DNA of 64,000 nucleotides from an uncultured Pseudobdellovibrionaceae bacterium (GTDB lineage Bacteria; Bdellovibrionota; Bdellovibrionia; Bdellovibrionales; UBA1609), in the NCBI GenBank assembly GCA_963803705.1, contig CAWDNU010000004.1, positions 320,001 to 384,000 on the forward strand, in the 5' to 3' direction. The notes under the pieces are model-generated. The model was not told where the DNA came from. It did no database searches and worked only from the letters and a program-made list of their open reading frames with translations. The translations under genes were made by a program, and so were the position numbers. Positions 10,573 through 18,353 of this stretch are shown here, one piece after another; position 1 is the stretch's first letter, and each line of letters opens with the position of its first letter.

Positions 10573-11320
10573 CGATCTAAATTACACAACCATAAAACTT
10601 GTGTTGGTAAGGCACGGTCAAAGTCAGTGGAATTTAGAAAATAGGTTCACAGGCTGGGTCGATGTTGGCTTAACACCACTCGGTCTAAAAGAAGCTAAAA
10701 AAGCTGCAATTGCTTTGCATAAACAAGGCATTAAATTTGACAGAAGTTACTGTTCAGTGCTGAAGCGCTCTATTCATACTTTATGGGCGATACTTGAAGA
10801 CCTTAATTTGTCTTGGCTACCAAATGAAAAGTCTTGGCGGCTTAATGAAAGACACTACGGTGCGCTTCAAGGTTTAAACAAGAAGGAAACTGCAGATAAG
10901 TACGGCGCTGATCAAGTTCAGATTTGGCGGCGAAGTTACGACACCCTTCCTCCTGCACCAGAGGACATATTTAATAAGCTTGAAAGTACAGAGCGTAAAA
11001 TAAGTGGATCTGAATACACTGAAATTGAAAAGTACAAAAAACTAGGTCTTAGTCCAAATGACTTTCCTTTAGGTGAGTCTTTAAAAATCTGTCAAAATCG
11101 AGTTATCCCCTACTTCGAAAAGATAAAGAAAAAGCTTAAAGAGGGTGAAAACATATTAGTAGTGGCCCATGGTAACAGTTTAAGATCTTTAATAATGGAG
11201 ATAGAGGGATTGTCTGGTGAAAAGATAATGAACGTTGAGGTCTCTACTGCAGTTCCCATAGTCTACACCTTAGATTCGAAAAGCTTAAAGTTAATTGATA
11301 AAAAGATTTTAGAAATTTAG
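10562..11320 (+). CDS. gpmA: 2,3-bisphosphoglycerate-dependent phosphoglycerate mutase
   Basis: RHGQSQWN, NERHYGALQG, AHGNSLR. Confidence 0.96.
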   Translation: MSNSDLNYTTIKLVLVRHGQSQWNLENRFTGWVDVGLTPLGLKEAKKAAIALHKQGIKFDRSYCSVLKRSIHTLWAILEDLNLSWLPNEKSWRLNERHYGALQGLNKKETADKYGADQVQIWRRSYDTLPPAPEDIFNKLESTERKISGSEYTEIEKYKKLGLSPNDFPLGESLKICQNRVIPYFEKIKKKLKEGENILVVAHGNSLRSLIMEIEGLSGEKIMNVEVSTAVPIVYTLDSKSLKLIDKKILEI

Positions 11321-11349
11321 CTCTTTAAGCCTCAGATATTAGGTTTTAT

Positions 11350-12063
11350 TTACTGCAAGTCATCCTTAAACTTTATTTTTTTGTTCTTAGACCTGACAAG
11401 CTCTTTAGTCTTCAAATACCTAACATTGGAATATATCGACCAAAAAATGTAGCCTGCTACAGCCAAGACTAATAAAATTAAAACATATTTAAATTTGTTC
11501 AAAAACAATAAGATCTCTTCTCCATAGTGGGCTATTAAGTAGACCTGCGTAGGGATAGTAAGCAAGACAACAACAAGATCTACAGCTGCAAATTTCCATG
11601 GCGAGATACCTAATGCGCCGCAAGCCATATGACCTGGAAATCTTAACCCTGGTAAAAACCTAAAAAGACCCGGGGCCGCCGTTCCATACTTCTGCGTCCA
11701 AAATTTAACTTTTTTGTAAGTCTTGGGATTTATAATTTTTTTAAACCACTTCCTGTCAGGCAGTCCTCGCCCTAGTCGCCTGCCAATTTGAAAAACTAAA
11801 AAATCACTTAAGAATACTGCTAAAAAACAGACAATCATTAGGGCGTAAACATTAATGCCCCTAGCCCCAGGTTGTGGCGGTGGGTAGTCCTCTGGATGTA
11901 GTGCCATAAAGGCAAGCAAACTTGTGGTTATAATCACAACCTCTTCTGGAACAGGAAGCCCGAAGCTTGCCAGAAGCATTATAGCAATCACCAACAGATA
12001 GACGATTTCAGGCTGATAAGCATACTGGTGCAATCCGTCTGTAATCCATTGAGTTAAACTCAA
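11350..12063 (-). CDS. dedA: DedA family membrane protein
   Basis: GLPVPEE, FQIGR, RFLPGLR motifs, TM helices. Confidence 0.9.
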   Translation of the reverse strand: MSLTQWITDGLHQYAYQPEIVYLLVIAIMLLASFGLPVPEEVVIITTSLLAFMALHPEDYPPPQPGARGINVYALMIVCFLAVFLSDFLVFQIGRRLGRGLPDRKWFKKIINPKTYKKVKFWTQKYGTAAPGLFRFLPGLRFPGHMACGALGISPWKFAAVDLVVVLLTIPTQVYLIAHYGEEILLFLNKFKYVLILLVLAVAGYIFWSIYSNVRYLKTKELVRSKNKKIKFKDDLQ

Positions 12064-12151
12064 GCCTGGCCTCCCTAATATTCTATTAGTATGTAACTAT
12101 TAACCTTAAATATAAATACTAATTTTAAATATTCAACATTAAGGATTTTTT

Positions 12152-13855
12152 ATGGAAAAAATTTGGTTAAAAGCTTACCCCAAAGGTGTACCACATAAGA
12201 TTAACGAATCTCAATTAAAACCACTTCCACAAATTTTTAAAGACTCTGTAAAAGAGTACAAAGACAAGATTGCTTTCGAGAACTTTGGCAGCTCTTTAAC
12301 TTTTAATGAACTTGATAAAATGAGTAATGACTTTGCATCTTTTTTAAACAACTATTTAGGCTTAAAAAAAGGTGACCGAATCGCTATCCAGCTTCCTAAT
12401 CTTTTACAGTATCCAGTAGTAATGATTGGAGCGCTGAAAGCTGGACTAATTGTTGTGAACACTAATCCACTTTATACAGAAAGCGAAATGGCTCACCAAT
12501 TCAAAGACTCTGGAATAAAGGCATTAGTTATTTTTGAACCTTTCGCCCACAAACTCAACAACATAAAAAATGAAGTGAATATCGAATCAATAATCACCAC
12601 TAAGGTCGGCGATTTGCTTGGGTTTCCGAAAAGTCTAATTTATAATTTTGTGCTAAATCTCAAGAATAAAAAAGAGTTTAAGGCCAAAGGTAAAACTGCG
12701 CCTTCAAATAAAGTAAAAGGAGCCTTTAACTTTCACGAAGCTTTGAACCTGGGTCAGAATAAAAAGTTCACAGCAGTTGCAATGGACGTCAACGACACCG
12801 CATTTTTACAATATACTGGGGGGACCACAGGGGTTGCAAAAGGTGCAGAACTTACACATAGAAATATTGCAGCAAATATGCTTCAGATTTTGGAATGGAA
12901 AAAGCCACTACTAACCCAAGGAGAAGAGGTCATACTTACCCCGCTGCCCCTTTACCACATCTTTTCTTTAACTGTGAACTGCTTTGCCTTTTTACACTTT
13001 GGTGCTAAGAATATTTTAATCACCAATCCAAGGGATATTCCTGCGTTTATTAAATTAATGGCTTCGACACATTACACTGTGTTGACCGGCGTTAACACTC
13101 TTTACAACGCCTTGATGAATCACAAAGATTTCGAAAAACTAAACTTTAAAAAGCTTAAAGTTTCCGTCGCAGGTGGAATGGCCTTGCAAAATGCAGTTTG
13201 CACCCGCTGGGAAAAATTGACAGGGTTACCTATTATCGAGGGCTATGGGTTAACAGAGACTTCGCCTGTGGCATGTTGTAATCCGATTGATGGCACAAAT
13301 AAACTAGATCATATCGGAGTGCCGCTACCTTCGACTGAATGTAAAATTATAGATGATGACGGTAAAGAGGTTGCAATGGGTGAACGCGGTGAAATATGTG
13401 TCAAAGGACCCCAAGTGATGAAAGGCTATTGGAACCGGGAAGATGAAACGGAATTAGTGCTGAATGATGGTTGGCTTAAAACTGGCGATATTGCTGTAGT
13501 TGACGATGAAGGCTTTTTTCAAATAGTTGATCGCAAAAAAGATATGATCTTGGTTTCTGGCTTTAACGTTTACCCCAATGAAGTGGAAGATGCATTAGCT
13601 AAACATCCGGGTATTTTAGAAGTGGCAGCGATAGGGGTTCCTGATGATTCGTCTGGGGAAAAGGTAAAAGTTTTTATAGTTAAAAAAGACTCTAACCTTA
13701 CAGAAGGCGAGATACGCGCATTTTCTAAAACCTGTCTTACCGGATACAAAACTCCTGACTTAATTGAGTTCAGAGACGAACTTCCAAAAACAAATGTAGG
13801 GAAAATTCTTCGAAAAGAATTGAGAGACGAAGAGCTAGCTAAAATTTCGTCTTAG
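12152..13855 (+). CDS. fadD: Long-chain fatty acid-CoA ligase
   Basis: YTGGTTGVAKGA, EGYGLTET, VDRKKDMILVSGFNVYPNE, PKTNVGKILR. Confidence 0.95.
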   Translation: MEKIWLKAYPKGVPHKINESQLKPLPQIFKDSVKEYKDKIAFENFGSSLTFNELDKMSNDFASFLNNYLGLKKGDRIAIQLPNLLQYPVVMIGALKAGLIVVNTNPLYTESEMAHQFKDSGIKALVIFEPFAHKLNNIKNEVNIESIITTKVGDLLGFPKSLIYNFVLNLKNKKEFKAKGKTAPSNKVKGAFNFHEALNLGQNKKFTAVAMDVNDTAFLQYTGGTTGVAKGAELTHRNIAANMLQILEWKKPLLTQGEEVILTPLPLYHIFSLTVNCFAFLHFGAKNILITNPRDIPAFIKLMASTHYTVLTGVNTLYNALMNHKDFEKLNFKKLKVSVAGGMALQNAVCTRWEKLTGLPIIEGYGLTETSPVACCNPIDGTNKLDHIGVPLPSTECKIIDDDGKEVAMGERGEICVKGPQVMKGYWNREDETELVLNDGWLKTGDIAVVDDEGFFQIVDRKKDMILVSGFNVYPNEVEDALAKHPGILEVAAIGVPDDSSGEKVKVFIVKKDSNLTEGEIRAFSKTCLTGYKTPDLIEFRDELPKTNVGKILRKELRDEELAKISS

Positions 13856-13903
13856 ATGAAAATAAAATAAGATTTACCTGATAAGTTTTTATAGGAGCTA
13901 ATA

Positions 13904-15274
13904 TTGAAAATAAGTATACCTTCTGTTCGAAAAGCTTTTGAATTAAACTTGGATCCCTCTGCTTACGGCACTTTCGCAGAGATAGGTGCCGGACAAGAAG
14001 TCGCTCGTCACTTTTTTATGGCCGGTAACGCTTCTAATACGGTAGCAAAAGCGATTTCTGCTTACGACACAGTCTTTAGTGATGCAATTTACGGAAAAGA
14101 AGAAAGCGGTAGATACGTTTGCGAATCACGAGTGATTAAAATGCTTGATCATGAATTTGGTCAAATTTCTGACAGGCTTGAAGGGCTAAAGGCAAAAAAA
14201 AGATTTTTCGCCTTTGCCGACACCGTGGCTACGAACCGAAAGCACGGTTGGATGGCTGTTCGATTTCAGGGTCAACCTAACACCGAGCCCAATCAGGTGT
14301 TACTTCATGTAAATATGAAAGATAATACACGCCTTCAGCAAAGCGAGGCCTTAGGACATTTGGGTGTTAATTTGATTCATTCTTGCTATTACAGAAGAGA
14401 GTCGCCAAAAGACTTTATCTCTTCTTTAACTGAAAATTTAAGTTTAGGCCGGATCGATGTGGACATGATTCGTTTTGAAGGTCCTGACTTTGAATATTAC
14501 GATAACAGGTTAATGTGCTTGGAATTGATTGAACAAAAACTGACTCAAGCTGTAATGTTCAATTCTGACGGAGGCATGATTCAGCCTGGTGACTTGATAT
14601 ATAACAAATCGATTTTTATTCAGCGCGGAGCTTTCAGACCTGTAACAAATGTAAATTTACAAATTTCAGAGGCTGGGTTAAAGCAATTTCAATCCGACTA
14701 CCCTTCCGCAGTGCCTGCAATCGCTGTTTTTGAAATCACAATGGCTCAACTAAATCATTTAGATAAGGGCTTAGATCGAAAAGATTTTATTAACAGGGTA
14801 GATTGTTTATCCAAGCTTGGAGTGCCAGTGCTAATTAGTGATTTTGTGCATTTCTACGAGCTGAAAGAGTATTTGCGTGGCCTAACTAGACAACCTCTGG
14901 GCATGGTTATTGGTGGCAATCAGCTAGATTACTTTTTTGACGAATCCAGGCATACAAATACTGTTGGTGGCTTATTTGAGAATGCAGCTAGGCTGTTTGA
15001 CCTTAAAACTTGCGTTTACGTGTATCCTTACAAGACTGAGCAAAGCTGTACGACAACTAAAAGTTTTTTTCCCAATGAAAAAATTATTGATCTCTACTCT
15101 TACCTTTTAAAAAACAACAAATTAAAAGATCTAGCTGGTTGTGATGAAGTAAATGTGACACAGCTGGCTTCAGAGGTCAGAGACATGCTAAGTCAAGGAA
15201 ATCCAGAATGGGAAAAGCTTGTGCCCAAAAAAGTAGTTGAGCATATTAAAGCTCATAAACTTTTTCTAAACTGA
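13904..15274 (+). CDS. Conserved protein with a nucleotidyltransferase-like (NadD-like) C-terminal half
   Basis: YGTFAEIGAGQEVAR N-terminus; RGAFRPVT resembles the HIGH-type loop; C-terminal WEKLVP..V..I..HKLF resembles NadD tails. Confidence 0.6.
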   Translation: MKISIPSVRKAFELNLDPSAYGTFAEIGAGQEVARHFFMAGNASNTVAKAISAYDTVFSDAIYGKEESGRYVCESRVIKMLDHEFGQISDRLEGLKAKKRFFAFADTVATNRKHGWMAVRFQGQPNTEPNQVLLHVNMKDNTRLQQSEALGHLGVNLIHSCYYRRESPKDFISSLTENLSLGRIDVDMIRFEGPDFEYYDNRLMCLELIEQKLTQAVMFNSDGGMIQPGDLIYNKSIFIQRGAFRPVTNVNLQISEAGLKQFQSDYPSAVPAIAVFEITMAQLNHLDKGLDRKDFINRVDCLSKLGVPVLISDFVHFYELKEYLRGLTRQPLGMVIGGNQLDYFFDESRHTNTVGGLFENAARLFDLKTCVYVYPYKTEQSCTTTKSFFPNEKIIDLYSYLLKNNKLKDLAGCDEVNVTQLASEVRDMLSQGNPEWEKLVPKKVVEHIKAHKLFLN

Positions 15275-15317
15275 TTAAATTATTTAAATTGATTGAACTA
15301 ACTACACATTTAATTTT

Positions 15318-16976
15318 TTATATTGTACCAATCGATTCTTCATTTTGGGGTGCATAGTCCTCAAAAAACATTTCGCTATTTGAATTCGTATCTCCGCTGC
15401 AAATTCCACTATTTTCAACGATTTTACACTGCTGCTGTCTTGACCCGTCTGGCCTACTACCTAAAAAACTCCAACCTTGATCGCTATACATGCATTGGTC
15501 AAATTTTTCCATAAATAGTTTTGCCTCAGAATCAGTGACCAGTCCATAATCAGACATCCTATTTCCAGCTGTTGTGTGCTGAAGAAATTCTTTAGTTTTG
15601 TTAGGCCATGAGTGTGCGGCTATTTGAGCGTGAAAATAATTGATAAAATCACTTTCATCTTTCTGCACATAGGTTTTCCAGCCAGCTATAGTTCCACCGT
15701 TAAAACTATGTGTTGAGTCTTTCAAAAATGCTGCCATTGCAAAAATACCGTAAGATGGGTGACCATTTGTGATGTTAGATGATTCTACGAACATCAGGGG
15801 GAAATTTTCCCCAGTTCTATCTTGAAACTCCGTCCACTCTGTTTGATAGCTCTGCTTAATCCTATTTGAATATTGTTTGGCAGAGGTTGTCGTTAATTGA
15901 GCTAAACCTTTTCTAAAATCATTTGAAAAAGCATTTTTATCAAATCCAGATTTTGCAAGAGTTAAGCAAGCAAGTTGCCTTTTATCTAGCCCCATTATAT
16001 CAGCAGCTATTTCAACGCGTTCTAGATAGCCGTTAATTGAATTTGCACTTCTATCTTGAGCTGAGCTAGGACAAAAATCATAACTAGATTTTTGATGAAG
16101 ACAGACCATCTTTTTAACCCCGTCCCAGGTTCTTTGAGTTAAAGATTTTGAATTACAGTTTACTTTTTCACCACCGAGCTCAATTTCACAATCTTCCGGT
16201 ACAATTCCGCCTGATGATGGATGAGTCATAGCACCTGTGTTTTCATCACTGCAATTACCACTTGTACAAGGTGCGACAATTGTGATCGGTGGAAATCCCT
16301 TAAGCAATTTTTTTCTGTTGTGATCAGTCTGCCTGCGAACAGTTAGACAGGCTTTTCTTAAAGTTCTAGGTCCTTCAACTATATCAACTATTGGGGCTTT
16401 ATTTCTATAATCCACATGATGACAAATTTTATCCATATCTTCTACAAACTGATTGTAAGCACTTTCGTTACCAGCAAGCTTGAAGACGGGTTCGAAGTCT
16501 GAATCACGAACCACTATTATGTTGTCAAAACACTTCTGTGAAAGATCTGAAATGCTGTTTGGATAACAGAAAGGTTTATTGTCTGCTGGGTCATTGTTAC
16601 CGTCTGGCTTAACCCCATACAAAAATGGATTACAAATTTTAAAACCCGTTTCACAAGTGTATCCAGCATAGCTCTGCAATCCGCACTGTTGACCAGCAGC
16701 AACTGGAGCACCGCCAGAAACGCATCTATAACCACCCGCTGCATAAACTGTTTGAAATAGAATTTGAAACACTGTCTTATTTCTTTTTTCTGATCTGGTT
16801 TTAAATTTTAGTAGTGCTTTTGAAATAGTTCGAAAGTAAATATTCCTGTTGGACTCTTTCATCATTATTACTTCGGGATAGGTCAGTAGAAAACTGTCTT
16901 TTGAATAGCCAATTTCAAAACTAAATAAAATAAAGAACAGTAAAAGATACTTTTTTTTCAGACATTTGATAAGCAT
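15318..16976 (-). CDS. Secreted Cys-rich protein with a degenerate SLT/lysozyme-like domain
   Basis: Signal peptide; C..G..ICNPFLYG Cys-rich region; LACLTLAKSGF..NAFS..RKGLAQL resembles SLT motifs I/II. Confidence 0.6.
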   Translation of the reverse strand: MLIKCLKKKYLLLFFILFSFEIGYSKDSFLLTYPEVIMMKESNRNIYFRTISKALLKFKTRSEKRNKTVFQILFQTVYAAGGYRCVSGGAPVAAGQQCGLQSYAGYTCETGFKICNPFLYGVKPDGNNDPADNKPFCYPNSISDLSQKCFDNIIVVRDSDFEPVFKLAGNESAYNQFVEDMDKICHHVDYRNKAPIVDIVEGPRTLRKACLTVRRQTDHNRKKLLKGFPPITIVAPCTSGNCSDENTGAMTHPSSGGIVPEDCEIELGGEKVNCNSKSLTQRTWDGVKKMVCLHQKSSYDFCPSSAQDRSANSINGYLERVEIAADIMGLDKRQLACLTLAKSGFDKNAFSNDFRKGLAQLTTTSAKQYSNRIKQSYQTEWTEFQDRTGENFPLMFVESSNITNGHPSYGIFAMAAFLKDSTHSFNGGTIAGWKTYVQKDESDFINYFHAQIAAHSWPNKTKEFLQHTTAGNRMSDYGLVTDSEAKLFMEKFDQCMYSDQGWSFLGSRPDGSRQQQCKIVENSGICSGDTNSNSEMFFEDYAPQNEESIGTI

Positions 16977-16987
16977 ACGTCTAATAA

Positions 16988-17003
16988 AGCACTTAACATG
17001 CCA
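16988..17003 (-). promoter_or_regulatory. Putative sigma54 promoter
   Basis: TGGCATGTTAAGTGCT (GG-N10-GC), 11 nt upstream of the ATG at 16976. Confidence 0.6.
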
Positions 17004-17082
17004 TTAATTGGCAGCGCTACTCACTTCTGAAGTATTCGATTGTCCACAACTTTGACACATGTAAAAAAAAAGACCGTAAAAG

Positions 17083-17116
17083 GGATTTGAGTAGAATCTG
17101 GATTTGAGTAGAATCA
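17083..17116. repeat. 17-bp tandem direct repeat
   Basis: GGATTTGAGTAGAATCT / GGATTTGAGTAGAATCA. Confidence 0.9.
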
Positions 17117-17281
17117 TCTTTTTCGTATCTCGATTTTTTTTGTTTTAGACAGTAATTTCGCAACAATTTGAAGATTTTTATCGAATTGAATAGAATTTCA
17201 TCTTAGGCAACAACGCATAAACCGATAAGATAGGTATCAGAAATATAAATTTGCATGAATAACTTTTACGAGGAGTTTATA

Positions 17282-18250
17282 ATGATAGGTCAAAAAGGTT
17301 TTTCGATAATAGAAATATCCATAGCCATGGCGATTATGGGATTGATGTCAGTGGGTCTTGCAGGGATGATCAAGAGCCAAGCTGACCAAGTGTTTTATGT
17401 TGAAGATAAATTAGTTCACCAAGACATGAAGATGGCTATGGATAGACTGCTTCGAGATGATACCATTTGTACCAATATGCTAAGTACAGTCAAAGTTCCG
17501 GGGCCCTTAGGTAGTATCTCCACTAATCCAGCAGGTACAATTGTGATAAAAGACTCAACCAATGCACTAATCTACGACCCGTCTGATGATACTAAAAATA
17601 AATTTGATAAGCTTAAGATCTCTAACATCAGAATTGAAAACGTAGATGTTGTTGATGAAACTTCAGGTAATAGGGTGAACATACTTATCGATGTAAACAG
17701 GATTAGAGGGATCGCCTCTCAAGCACTGCAAAGTATATCTATACCAAAGAATGTGACTATCGATGGCACGAGACTAATAACTAATTGTTCTGGAAATGGT
17801 GCAGGAGAGTATCTTGAATTGGTCACAACCAAAAACTTTAAGGGGAGTGGCATAAGTGGAGCGATTTCCAGTTATACGATGCCGTCAGATATAAAGGCTT
17901 TTTCATTAACGACTAAGGGATCAGCTTGCAACTGGGAAACCGGGTCATCCCCAAATAATGATCAGCATTCAACATTTCAAAGCGGTATCAATATCCGAGC
18001 TCTTTTAAACGGTAAACACAAAAATAATGGCACAGCGATCTTGGCGGGCAAAACCCTAAGATATGTAAGCGGAAAGTATTACTATGATGGTATTCTAGTC
18101 GCATCAATGGCTCCCTGTATGAGCTATCCTTCCCAGCATAACATCAGTTGGACAAATCATCCCTTTTCTGGAGGCGGACCTCAACAAACAAATTTTGATT
18201 ATCCCCAACCAGCGCCGCCAGTCTTAGGCAATCTTAGAACTTATAAGTAA
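17282..18250 (+). CDS. Type IV pilin/pseudopilin-like protein with long C-terminal domain
   Basis: Class III signal KG|FSIIEISIAMAIMG with E5; GAGGAG RBS before ATG 17282. Confidence 0.85.
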   Translation: MIGQKGFSIIEISIAMAIMGLMSVGLAGMIKSQADQVFYVEDKLVHQDMKMAMDRLLRDDTICTNMLSTVKVPGPLGSISTNPAGTIVIKDSTNALIYDPSDDTKNKFDKLKISNIRIENVDVVDETSGNRVNILIDVNRIRGIASQALQSISIPKNVTIDGTRLITNCSGNGAGEYLELVTTKNFKGSGISGAISSYTMPSDIKAFSLTTKGSACNWETGSSPNNDQHSTFQSGINIRALLNGKHKNNGTAILAGKTLRYVSGKYYYDGILVASMAPCMSYPSQHNISWTNHPFSGGGPQQTNFDYPQPAPPVLGNLRTYK

Positions 18251-18353
18251 AACAGACTAAAAGCTTGAAAGCAGCTGCTACCAACTTTATCAATTGATCT
18301 GGATAAAGCCTGTCAACAAAATGCTAGCAACAGTAATTTTAGTATCTTTAACC

